Source: Laetmonice hystrix (Eukaryota). Taken from it: a DNA stretch of 64,000 nt. Shown here piece by piece: positions 1 to 12,458 of this stretch (position 1 is its first letter; every line of letters starts with the position of its first letter). Position numbers and translations under genes: made by a program. The DNA lies in assembly GCA_965235115.1 (NCBI GenBank), contig OZ249441.1, positions 13,640,001 to 13,704,000 of the forward strand. Reading direction: 5' to 3'. Under the pieces are notes generated by a model. It was not told the DNA's origin. It saw nothing but the letters and a program-made list of their open reading frames with translations, and did not search any database.

Positions 1-2480
1 CACTATCTATTTGACGAGTCCTTCCGACGTGGTTGTAAGGACCATTTACTGCCTGCCACTGACGGACAGAAGGTTGTCCGCGTGTTGTACGAGTTGTAGC
101 AGTCGTAGTAAAGTTGTAAAAGTCGCTGTGTCAACTGCCTCAAGGCACACCAGTTTTTGTTACGGTTGACTTCTCCTACAACTCTATATATATGCGCACA
201 TAATTTGCACTATATTGCCCTTTCGACCCCTATCCCCTACACAACTGGGCACTGCGATCAGAACGGACGTTCTGGGTACCGGGACAATCGTCCTCCGAGA
301 ATAGATCCGCCTCTGTTGATCCTTTAATGGGTACATTGTGTCCGAGCGTCTGGGCCAATCTTAGCCATCGTTACAAAACTTGACGGCATACATGGCAGAC
401 TGTGACAGTAACTGGAGAGTCGTTATACTGCATGCTTTCCTGAGGCAGAACTTCAGTTGCTAATAACACTGAATAACACAACAGAAATCACGACATCGGC
501 ATGCACAAATCAAAATAATGCTGGCTCTTGCAATTCGTAATATTGTACGAGCGTGCACGCCAACATCAAGTAAATGTAAAGACAGGGATGAACGTGGCCT
601 GGCATACCTTTGAGTTATATGGTAACTAATTCCAACAATAAAAACATTTAGCTTTCATGTTCACGAATATGTCGGTTATTTTTTTACAGTCGGGTTTTTT
701 CTGCCCAGTAAAAAAATGAAAGCTTACCAGTTCTGTTTTAGAGTTGTTCAAGTGAACAGAAACGAACGAAGGCGAAATAAAGCATAATATTTACTTTTTA
801 TATGTTTTGACTTTTAAACTCTAGATCTATTAGCTGGAATAGAATCTCCTCATCCCAAACTAACAGCTATATACATGTAATACACGGTTGTGTGAGTCTC
901 CATGTGAGTCGGAATGGGATCCTTGTAGCTGTCCCTGCATACGTTAGGATACGAGTCTCTCCCATATCCCAGGGAAGAATCGCCACGACCCCTTGCATAA
1001 TTCATCAGGCTTCCAATAAAATAAGCCAATGTTCCTGGCACTGACTGGGCACGTATCCCCGCTTTCCATAGAAACCAAATGTAAATGGGAGCTATTGGGC
1101 AGTTAATCAGCCGGTTACTTCTGAGGAAAAACTGTTATTGCCCACTGAATTTGTTTGAACCCACAATTTGAATAAATCTTGACACCTTCTTTAGCCAGGT
1201 AGGGGCGAGTGTGGCCTCAGAGATTCAAGGGTGGGATGGAGACAAACAGAGGAGCGCTATCTCGCTCACCAGTAATCAGCTGTTCTGAACATTCATCATT
1301 GTACTGACCAATAAAAAAATCTTTAACTGAACGGTTAAGAATTTAATTAAAGCAAAATCAGTTATCTCTCAAATTCCGTACTTCAATACTCGTACTTGGA
1401 ATAAAGATGATTTAAAGATATCATGGGATATGTCAAGGCAAAGTGAACTCGGTTCATTTTACCAATTGCAACTGTTGAGAAGATAAGTAATGCGAGCCAG
1501 GCTGACAGCAAGGATAAATCACCGAGTTAAAACAACACACTGGATATGCAGACCTGACCTTCACGTCTTTTTTCATCTTCCCGCCTCAAGACTTCCAGAT
1601 CAGGCGAGCCGAGTAAAATAAGAAGACCGGTGGCTGGAAGTTAAACTGAGCCATGTGTCGGGTAACAATGAGCTCTGTAATCACACAATGAAACACTGCC
1701 GTTACCATGGAACCACTACCATTGCCACATGCTCACCCTGTCAGACTACTCTCCGAGTCGTACTGTCGGAACCGGACGGCCTGTGTCTGAGCCTCCCTCT
1801 CTCCGAGTAGAATAAATCACACTCTATCCGCTCAGACATCAAACCTCTCTAATTGACCCACTCCTGCTATCTGAGGTACTACTCGTTGCTGAGCTATTTC
1901 TTTTTCGTTATTATCCATGATCGTTTTTTCTTGTACTTTCTGTTTGCTGTATGATGTCATATTTGGTGCCTCAGTGAGAGTGGTTATTTCATCAGTGTTT
2001 GATAATGTCATTAATGAGGTGATAAGTCAGCGTTAATAAGGTCATGGCTTAGTCTGCTGGGTGCTGATATCCGGACCAGTTTGTAAAGGTGACACAAAAG
2101 TGTGGCCTTCACTGCACTGCTGCCCCCCCCCCCCCCCCAAACAACGACACTGACACAGACGTCTGGTATTCAATATGTCTGTATCAAATCATCAAATCAT
2201 CAAATACGAGCAGGAAGAGGAAATTATGCGTACAGACTCTGTCGGGAAAGATGGCCTCGGGTGTAATGACCCAGACCTAAATGATTTTAATGTTGCCATG
2301 ACAGAACTGGTAGTGTCATTCCGGTTATGGTAATAATCATTTTAGAGACAAAGCAATGCAAATTAACCTCAGCCTAACTGTCATGATGAATTTGAGCGAT
2401 TTTTTTAGCGGTGGGCATAAGGTTTCCAAACCTTAAATTTACATTTTCACCTGTTCCTGGGCAATGCCTACCTCTGGTTC

Positions 2481-3030
2481 CCCAGGACTGCCCTCACCTA
2501 CTTCCGAACCTGTGGTACCCCACTGCCCAGGACTGCCATCCCCTATATCCGAACCTGTGGTACCCCACTGCCCAGGACTGCCCTCACCTATATCCAGACC
2601 TGTGGTACCCCACTGCCCAGGACTCACCTATATCCCGAGCTGTGGTACCCCACTGCCCAGGACTCACCTATATCCGAACCTGTGGTACCCCACTGCCCAG
2701 GACTGCCCTCACCTATATCCAGACCTGTGGTACCACACTGCCCAGGACTGCCCTCACCTATATCCAGACCTGTGGTACCCCACTGCCCAGGACTGCCCTC
2801 ACCTATATCCCGACCTGTGGTACCCAACTGCCCAGGACTCGCCTATATCCCGAGCTGTGGTACCCCACTGCCCAGGACTGCCCTCACCTATATCCGGACC
2901 TGTGGTACCCCACTGCCCAGGACTGCCCTCACCTATATCCAGACCTGTGGCACCCCACTGCCCAGGACTCACCTATATCCCGAGCTGTGGTACCCCACTG
3001 CCCAGGACTGCCCTCACCTATATCCGGACC
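2481..3030. repeat. Minisatellite, mixed 45-bp and 40-bp units, about 12.5 copies (TGTGGTACCCCACTGCCCAGGACT[GCCCT]CACCTATATCCAGACC)
   Basis: TGTGG unit starts at 2511, 2556, 2601, 2641, 2681, 2726, 2771, 2816, 2856, 2901, 2946 and 2986 (intervals of 45 or 40). Explains the overlapping repetitive ORFs at 2411-3218. Confidence 0.97.
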
Positions 3031-4633
3031 ACCCCCCACCCCCACCCCCCACCCCCGACCACCCCTCGGGAGCCAATCCCACCAAGATATGGCCGGTCAT
3101 GCAGACAGCTAGCCGGTCGGCAGGCCCCACCATGCGCCCATTCCTGGGTCGTTCTCATCATCAGCTGCCTCCCACCAGATGGTTAACCTGGTCGTTCCAT
3201 GGTCACTACACAGTTTAATAACTTGATGGATCCGGCAGGCCCCCACGGCCCCCATTACCTCCATGACAGACCCCCGTTAACTGAATCCCTGTCAGTCGGC
3301 ACCAGCCACGTGTCAAAAAACCTCACCATCTATCCACAACCACGAGCTGATGATAAGCTAATTACGTATGAGAAGAAGCGAATGTCCTACAAGTCTGACA
3401 CGCCCCTGATAGGTCTATTAGCTTAGACGGATGCCCCAGCGCAGAACTTGGAACAGGCAATGTACAAGTGCAATCGAAAACGGACGCCGTCGAGTCCGGA
3501 ATTAGCTTCCGGAATTGAGTCTTGCAGCGGTTCTGATATATGGAGGCGAACTCAGTCGATGTCAGGTGATTTCAATCAGGCCCTACAACACTCTATCCAT
3601 GTTCCCGACATGGAAGGTGAACACAATTTAAACCACTGTTCACCAGTTCAATATTCCTTTCCCCTTTTAGAAGCAAAAGGGCTCTTTCAATAGAAAACAA
3701 TATACATACGGATAATACATGTATATTCTTTTTTCTGTTATATTTTGAAAAAAACTGGTCCCACATGGTTGTAACCTAGTTTTATTTTAGCGAACCTGAA
3801 GCTTGCATTTAATCCAAATATAAGTTGCATTATGTTGTGTCCGTGCAAAAATTGGGACATACCGGTATACGTATTTCGATTCCATACAGGGCCACTTAAT
3901 TCCCGAGTCTTTATTGCCTTTGTCAGGTCTCAATACCAGGAACCAGTATTTACCTACCATACATCTATCAAACATGTCTGCTCCCATCTGCTCACATCAA
4001 TATCAACCCACATATATATTCTATAGCCAGCACCTGTCTCGGCCAGCGCAATGACACGGTCAGAGTATTGTTAGCAGTGGCAGTATTGAGGCATACATCC
4101 TTGGCGGCATATGTTGTGCAGTGAATGCCCTCGTTATTATTGTCTGTTATGTACACTGCAATATTTAGGTCTATCCTTGCTGACTACTGCAGGTTATATA
4201 TTAATAGCAGTATACTACTATAAAGTGTAGTACTGCAGTCGTGTCCATACCTTATCTTTATTCCAGTATTCTACCTTGACATCCACCTATCTCTCCCTGT
4301 TCTATTATTGTCCTACAGACCTTCCTTGTTTGTGGGATTTAGATGAATTTCTACATATATTTGGTGGTTAACTAAATGGCAATCAATTCTACGGGTGACT
4401 CCCTACCACTTGGCCTACACCTGATTCAAACTATATATCCACAAACAATTTTACTATTGATAGAAGAGGTATTCACTTGGGATTTCACTTTTTTAATGCA
4501 AATCTCATATCTCCTCACAGAAGGCTTATTTACTTATTACCTGGTTAGCTACATATTTACACGTGATTGATAAAATGTACACAAGCCAGATAAAACGCAA
4601 AACACGTCACATACATTTTCTGTAAAAATATAC

Positions 4634-4896
4634 CCAAAGAGGTCCGTCGTCCATGTGGAGTGCAGCAGGAGCGAGCAGCACATATCAGTGTGGTACGATC
4701 GACCACGCCCCTCAGTCGACGCCACACCAGCCTTGACCACGAGTAGTGGTAAACCCTGTTAATGGTCAGTGATATTGATTGGTCACCAGCCTCGTCCCTC
4801 GGGTCAGTGAGAAGGTCAAACTTGATCTGAACGGCACACGACTGGAGACAGAGCAGGCCACCATCGAGGGTGAAAGCACCATGTTTCCTTGCCATA
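4634..4896 (-). CDS. Weak candidate internal exon of the minus-strand gene (MARKHGAFTLDGGLLCLQSCAVQIKFDLLTDPRDEAGDQSISLTINRVYHYSW...), product unknown
   Basis: Open frame (track ORF 4557-4895) with GC-rich codons, preceded by AATCAG| and followed by a weak G|GTATAT donor. The splice signals are poor and I recognise no domain. Confidence 0.15.
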
Positions 4897-7114
4897 CTGA
4901 TTCCACAATACCTTTCTAATACACAACTTACTTCCTGCGTGTTTCGTCATGTCGTGACTTTACTAACAAATTATAACGGGGTGATCATGATCTACTACAA
5001 CCAGAGTTCCGACGGTGGCACTGCAATAACTTCGGACGTAATTCATTGGTTGATAATGCAGCCAACACAAATAAATATCCTGCCTGATCTACAATCAAAC
5101 CGTTCAATGATTGAATATGCAGTGTTTGCAGGTATCATCGACTGCTGTCTTAGTGAAGCAGACGTATTCGTCACTAACTCTGAGAGATAACAACTCGGTC
5201 TCTGCCTTCAGTTTCTACAATCGTGGGACGCTAACTGTGAGATGTCAGAGTCTGTGTGTCTGTGTGTGGGGGGAGGAGCAATCTGAGGCCTGTTAGATCC
5301 ATACACAATATTCCGCACCCACATTTCTCGTTACATTCACACACGTCATTGGCTCACTGGATAGGAATCCTATACCATAGAGATGATATATTTCAAAACG
5401 ATGATGACTAAATGGCTTCATTACGGTCTGGTATTTTCTATCATAAAAACAGACACAAAATCAGTGCTGCCCCCGTGTGGTAATCTCATAAACATCGCCC
5501 AGAGGCCCCAATCATGAAAGCTCATCTATATCTCTGTTGGTCTATGGGTCCACCAAATACAAAAATGTATGATACCGTTTGTGCAGAACTTTCATTCGAA
5601 AACTGAAAGGTATAACCGAAACCGTTCAAAAGATGGATTCCTATTGTTCCAAATGCAATTCTCACTGAGATACTGCATCAGAAATTATTGTCTCCACAAT
5701 ATTTTGACAGTTTCTGAATCAGGTTTTTTGCTACTGCTGTCCAATTAACTCGGTGTCAATGGCACCCTGTGAATCTAACGCCTTTAGTCATCAGATAGAG
5801 ATCTTATCTTACGATCTAGGCATAAACTATGGCGTTAAAGGTCAAACAAACACGTACGACAAGAAATTTCTTTCAGAGTAAAAGCTTCTCTTGTACTGAT
5901 GGACTTGCACCGACCGAGTCGTTTCTGTAAGCCACACTCATGTCTCTCATCCACTAATTTCCGGATTACTACACAGTTCACTGCAACTCACACAGCGATC
6001 ACTATAATTTCACTTTATATTTTAATCCAGTACAATGTACTAGTCTTTTTTTAGAAGCGTGTTCATGATATGACCATAAGAGAAACCAGCCTGGCGCAGG
6101 CGACACTGGGAGCCGGCACGCGATCTCCCCATCATCTCAACACTGATGTAGCCACCCGCACTGCCTTCCCGCTGATGGACCACAAATATTACTACAACTC
6201 CACCATTTAAAGCTAAAACAGGCTTCATCCATTCATAATACTGGTACATCATCACACAGGTATGGTTTAATGGGCCTAATGCTAATGGCCGGGGAAAATG
6301 GAGGGATAGATAGGAAAGCTGCAAATGAGCTTCGCTGCATGGTACCAGTTGGAGGCTAATGATATTACCCTGGAAGAATACTGCTGCTCGTCTTGGAGGA
6401 ACACCAGACCCTCACTGACCCCCAACTCCAGCTCCTCACATTACTGGAGGTAATAGGCATGTAGAAAAGGGCAGCATCTCTCAGGCGAAGAGGGCATTTT
6501 GCCCAGAAACCCAGACCCTCTTTCCAACTGCTATCTGCCTATTTGACACATGACCAATGATCAACAAAAACCTTGCTGCTAAACTGAAATGCGGCCGCCC
6601 CCTCCCGCGGTCTCATCGGCCGACCGAGGCTGAGGCTGATAATGATGCAGGGATACACTCTGACCAGTCAGGCGGCATCTTGAGGGGCCATGCCTGGGTC
6701 TAACTACGCCTGGGTCCAGCCACGCCTGGGTCCAGCCCCCAGTGTGGAGCGGGGAAGCCGGCTGATCCAGCTGACAGTCAGGTGAACCCGTTCAGGCGGC
6801 GGCAGTCAGTAACATTGCCGTCAGCCTGCGGTCCCCTGCTGACAACGACCTTCAGTTCACACTCATCATCTCCACGGCTTCTCCACCGCTCACCTTCACC
6901 TCCCTCTTCCTGGCCACAACTCCCTTCCACTATCTCCTCCAGTTGCATTGACAGACACAGGAGCCAGGCACATCAAGGACACAGCCGCTGGATACATAGG
7001 GAATCTGTATACCCCCAATATCAAGTGTTGCATCATGATAGCTACCCTGTAACTCGGTAAAGACCGTCATTATACCGTGGGAATCTGTCCGCCCACTGTG
7101 GGCCCCCAAATTCT

Positions 7115-7363
7115 GGGAGGTATATATTCCCACCCTCATTCATACACCCTTTTATCATCCACATAGCTCATTTAAGGGATGGGTATATTTTCTACGGTGT
7201 TATGCTCATCTTTACATACCATCTACAGCACAAAGACAAGAAATACAGGAATCCCTTCATCAAACAGTTTTTGACTGGAGTCACAAAGGATGCTACCAGT
7301 GAGAAACACGCTTGTTGTCATCCTGTCACGGCGTGTTTGCGTGTTTTATATACCCTCCTCTGA
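7115..7363 (+). mobile_element. Possible decayed DIRS/Ngaro-type tyrosine recombinase fragment (N-terminal core-binding region)
   Basis: 82 stop-free codons reading ...PFIIHIAHLRDG...HKDKKYRNPFIKQFLTGVTKDATSEKHACCHPVTACLRVLYTLL. This resembles the pattern FIAxL..G....H...G..DP...IK..L.G..K......R.PIT..L..L that I recall for YR retroelements. By-eye similarity only. Confidence 0.35.
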
Positions 7364-7497
7364 CACCCCCCCCCCCCCCCCCCGGGTCTGAGATATGTAC
7401 TGGAGGTTACACGCTAAGAACGAATTCACTGTAACGACTGGACCCCACACCACTTGTGTTACTCTCAGCCGTGATAATATAAGGTCCATTCTTCGTT

Positions 7498-7620
7498 CCA
7501 AGCCCCCACTCCCCATTTCAAGGCCCCACTCCCCATTCCAAGCCCCCACTCCCCATTCCAAGGCCCCACTCCCCATTCCAAGGCCCCACTCCCCATTCCG
7601 AGCCCCCTCTCCTCATTCCA
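7498..7620. repeat. C-rich minisatellite, 20-bp unit x6 (AG[G/C]CCCCACTCCCCATTCCA)
   Basis: Six directly visible tandem units at 7501-7620. The minus strand has GGGG runs (G-quadruplex potential). Confidence 0.95.
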
Positions 7621-9376
7621 ACTCCTCAGTACCCTTCCCAATACAATTATTCCAAGTTTCCATCAGTATATAGCATAGTTCCCTATTGTCACAAAAAATC
7701 CCTTTATCAAACACACCAAATACATATTGTAAACCCTTGGTCTCCTTAGCCAAGCCCTCATGTCTGCCCCGACTCAGATAGGAGGCAATCGTTCCCCACC
7801 TTTCCCTGCCCTTTCAAGACTGGGCCAATCCGAGCTAAGCCGGGCTTAGGCCGACCTAACGTTAACTTGTAGACTGGGAACTGTTCTTTCCGTGAAGTAC
7901 CTGACTTGATAAAGTAGTTGCCTGACAGCAAAGCCAGTTAAATCACCTGCACCCATTTGTCCCAAAATACAAGTAATACGAACTTACTTCACTACAACCA
8001 CGTGTATCATATCATCAGTTAAAAACAACCCAGCATTACATGGCGGGTTGTCATGTTTCTAGGTGTCACCTTATGTTAATATTGCCGACTGTGGGAGGTG
8101 GTTTATTCCGATGTACCCCCCCCCCCCAATCAGCGTATGTCGGCGCCCACTGTCAGTGTACATCACTGCCCCCTGTCAGGACGGCAGGACTGAGGTCCGC
8201 AGCTCTCCTATAAATAATCGGGCCGACACGAGGCCAGGGTCGGCGGTGGAGATCATTCCTAGGATGAGCCTCCAGGTCATGGAGTTAATCCAGCCAGTCC
8301 CCGGACTCTCTGGTATCTCCATCACGGTATGCTGAATGTTCACCTGATACCGGTTGGTGCTGACACTCTGACAGATCAGCCACACCAGGCAAAATATAGC
8401 ACTCCCCATTGTATGGCTTCATCCCCCTAGTTTATCATAATGGTAAATGTTGTGCAGCCTTGTTATTCTTTAATAAGACCACCTACACTGTCGCTCCCAC
8501 ACACAAAATACATTAATGTGAACAATCACTAAAATTTAAATGCACTTTAGATATAATTAAAAAAAGGGCAAGAAAAATGTTACTTTGAATCTAACCAGTC
8601 TGGCTTTGCGAATGCAATATCATAATGGAAACTACAATTGTCAAATGCTGAACACTAATGTAATGGTGATGAATAAATAAAGTACGAGTGGAGTTGTGTA
8701 GGTAGGTGGGAGGGGTTGTGTTGGGGCAGGTGTTCTCCCACACATTACATTATATGTGGGTGTCCTCATAGGTTGTCAATGGCAGCCCGCCCCCACCGAC
8801 CACCAAGCTACCAGCACAGGCCGAGTGACCGGCGGGTCTATCCACTTGTCACCCAGTTGTCTCAGCTGGTGTCAGTCAATGAGCCATGTGTAAGTGGCTC
8901 TTCGTCTACACTTCACTCATTGTTGTCCCGGGAAGTCCTGGAGAAAGTAATAATTCCTCAACACTTGGTGGCTGTCACTTAGCAACTGGCCTACATTTAA
9001 TTAGTTTGCCTTTGGTCAGGTTCACCGATATTCGGTCAGACGGTCATCCGGCCCTGTCTTCCCTCACCCCCCCCCCCCAACCAAAATTAATTATCACAGC
9101 TTTGTGCTTTGTCTAAAATATTCTAGTCCATTTTGAAGAATTTGATTAACTTCTTTCTACAGAATTTTCCACATATAACACAAATTATTGCACATCTAAC
9201 TATACTATTAACGTGTGTCCATACTTTACGTGGTTTGTTGTCAGACCTCTCGTTGTTTGTGGGTGGGTGTAAAAACTGTAAAAAAAACCCCTCTGAGTCC
9301 CCCAAATTTATATACTAATTATTTTAGTGATAATCTTCCAGCAGATGAAGGGCTGGGCCGTGAAATCTGGCGTTGT

Positions 9377-10355
9377 CAGCACTACCGATCTGAGGTGTCT
9401 GATGACCACACACAGGTAGATATAGATCTATATCATGTCTGACCAGTGAGCATGTCATAGTCTCGTTGGTCATAGTAACAGATGTAACTGGTGGGGGATG
9501 GGGTCATGTAATGATGGGACATCCAGCTAGGTCTGACCGGGAGCACTACCGACCTGAGGTATCTGACGACCACACACAGGTCATGTCTGACGAGTGAGCA
9601 CGTCATAGTAACAGATGTAACTGGTGGGGGATGGGGTCATGTAATGATGGGACATCCAGCTAGGTCTGACCGGGAGCACTACCGACCTGAGGTATCTGAC
9701 GACCACACACAGGTCATGTCTGACGAGTGAGCACGTCATAGTAACAGATGTAACTGGTGGGGGATGGGGTCATGTAATGATGGGACATCCAGCTAGGTCT
9801 GACTGGGAGCACTACCGACCTGAGGTGTCTGACGACCACACACAGGTCATGTCTGACGAGTGAGCACGTCATAGTAACAGATGTAACTGGTGGGGGATGG
9901 GGTCATGTAATGATGGGACATCCAGCTAGGTCTGACCGGGAGCACTACCGACCTGAGGTGTCTAACGACCACACACAGGTCATGTCTGACGAGTGAGCAC
10001 GTCATAGTAACAGATGTAACTGGTGGGGGATGGGGTCATGTAATGATGGGACATCCAGCTAGGTCTGACCGGGAGCACTACCGACCTGAGGTGTCTGACG
10101 ACCACACACAGGTAGATATAGATCTATATCATGTCTGACGAGTGAGCACGTCATAGTAACAGATGTAACTGGTGGGGGATGGGGTCATGTAATGATGGGA
10201 CATCCAGCTAGGTCTGACCGGGAGCACTACCGACCTGAGGTGTCTGATGACCACACACAGGTACATCATGTCTGACGAGTGAGCACGTCATAGTAACAGA
10301 TGTAACTGGTGGGGGATGGGGTCATGGGACATCCAGCTGGGTCTGACCGGGAGCT
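9377..10355. repeat. Minisatellite, 133-bp unit, about 7 copies, two of them carrying a 16-bp palindromic insert
   Basis: GAGCACTACC starts at 9541, 9674, 9807, 9940 and 10073 (133-bp period), then 10222 (149 bp); a final diverged GAGCTAAC start follows at 10351. Confidence 0.97.
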
Positions 10356-12307
10356 AACACCAAGGTCAGCATCCAGCCCCTACTCCCCGACCTCCACCAT
10401 AAGGGTCCTTGTGATGTCCACAGGGTGTGGGCCGCCCATGTCTTTGTGACGTCCACACTCACCTGTGTACCCTAGGCGTGGGTGGAGGGGAGGGGTGTGA
10501 ACCGGGGGGGGGGTATCTGGGCGGGGGTTTGTATATCAGGGATGGGGGTCACGGTTGAATCTGACCGAAAAAAACCAGCCACCCATCTTGATTTCCCCAC
10601 CCTTAACGGGTCTTGCACCCCCTCCCCATACCCCCTACACAATACCCTCAAACAGTCAGAAATAATTAGTGGAGGCCCTCAGGTGTAAAACACCCCCATT
10701 AATCTAAACTTATCCTTGAGTGAGGATTTCCGTGGCCGGTATCAAGCCAACAGGTGCTGCAGTCAGTCCGAAATGATTTTATGCTGCCGTAATTATGTAG
10801 GACACGCCATGTCGGTGGTGGTACCTTGGCGGAAAGCGGTCGTTTGTAGTGCTCGGGGACTTTCTGGAGTGTGCTCGACCACTGTGACGTGTGTTCACGC
10901 GTTGGTAAGGTGTTTCTGCCTGGCAGACAGCCAGCCAACCATGCCGCCCCCATTTAGTATAGCCATCCCTTAAACTCATCGTACTGTTTCATCTCCCTAA
11001 GGTGTGTCAACCTGTCTCTTCCCAGTACGATACAGTTCATCCTAGCTTCATTTGATCCATCCCTATGCTTGGGTTCACTGGTGCCATCGAGTCAATCGCT
11101 GATAGAGACGCCTGTTTCTCCTGGACTTTCTTTTTTAACCATCAAAAATTAAAATAGATACCCGTGAAAATATAACTCCTGGTGATGTGGTCATATTTCC
11201 AGACAGGTGCATCTCAATAAACCCAGGAAGCATGATGTTATGGCACCATTATGTAAAGGTCAGGTTGGAGGTAATAGACCAACATTTGACCGTCTTAGCT
11301 ACGGGCATGAATCTGACACTCACAGACGTTCAGAAGGATCCTGCAAGTTTATTTGATATTATCTACACATAATAAAAGTTAGGTTTATGAGAAGATAATT
11401 CCAGTGAACTCCAACTTTAGGTTTTCCTTCTGAGAACTTTCTTACCATATCCCACATCTCACACGGAAAAGTAGATTTTTCAAAGATAAATTCCCGGATA
11501 TATCTTTAAAATACCGATGGCGGTTCCCTCACAGAAAGAGTTACGGCTAACTCCTTCCAGGCTACTTATCTCTGACTGGACTGACACCCAGTCGGTGTGT
11601 TTCCAGCATCACGTGAAACACCTTATCTTGAGAATCAGCACCACGGGACACGTGTAGGCACTCAACCTGTTTGCCTCACCACCGTGAAACAACCGTGGAG
11701 AGTGAGCGGAGGTCTGGAGACGACATGCACTCATCGATCACATAGCCAACTATGTCTCACAGACAGTTATTTATGGACACGCTGTTATTTGTGGGTCGTG
11801 TCTCTGAACCCTTCTATCAACGTCACTCTAAGTTACCACAATTACTCGAAAGTCATAAATCCAAGTATTTGTACTCACTATTACCCTCTGTCATGCCGTC
11901 AACCTCAAAATGACACTTTCCAACCAAATTTCAGATTGTGAATTGACCCTTGAGATGACAAGAAGCACGTAATGTCCAAGGCCGACCACGTTTTACGACA
12001 TTGTAAGGTTGGGACTGATACCAAATACCCTTCAATCATGGTTACAATACCTAACCCACAATTAGCCACATTCAACTAGGTCACCTCCATCACTTCATTG
12101 TCACTCTCGCCCAATTCTCATGTGTATAAGATATCCTTAGATCCAGGTATTTTTGCATTCTACGGTTGACTTCTCAGCAGAGCCCCATAAAGCGAGTCAC
12201 AGGCATGCGGATTTTTATGGCTTTCTTTAAGATCATTGAGACAGTTTTACGATGATTGTGCCGTATATTATCCTTGTAAAAAACGTACTTCCACAAACAT
12301 ACAAAAT

Positions 12308-12458
12308 GATCAGATAAAATACCAACTGGGTCTCAAACAACGATTGATCAGATAAAATACCAACTGGGTCTCAAACAACGATTGATCAGATAAAATACCA
12401 ACTGGGTCTCAAACAACAATTGATCAGATAAAATACCAACTGGGTCTCAAACAACAAT
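12308..12458. repeat. Minisatellite, 38-bp unit x4 (GATCAGATAAAATACCAACTGGGTCTCAAACAAC[G/A]ATT)
   Basis: Units start at 12308 and 12346 and continue at a 38-bp period; copies are near-identical. Confidence 0.95.

Noticed and set aside
2411-3218. 233-, 240- and 178-aa Pro/Cys-rich ORFs
   Set aside because: They arise from the 45/40-bp tandem repeat. The 40-bp units shift frame and overlapping frames are equally open.
5360-5645. ATAGGAATCC / GGATTCCTAT inverted pair as MITE ends
   Set aside because: Only 10 bp, with no extension and no TSD.
9377-10355. Hammerhead ribozyme in the 133-bp unit (two CTGA[C/T]GA motifs per unit)
   Set aside because: No GAAA core half or stem II on either strand of the unit.
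161-12175. Identical 15-mer TACGGTTGACTTCTC at 161 and 12161, exactly 12,000 bp apart
   Set aside because: About two exact 15-mer repeats are expected by chance in 64 kb. The flanks are unrelated, and the round offset only made it visible.
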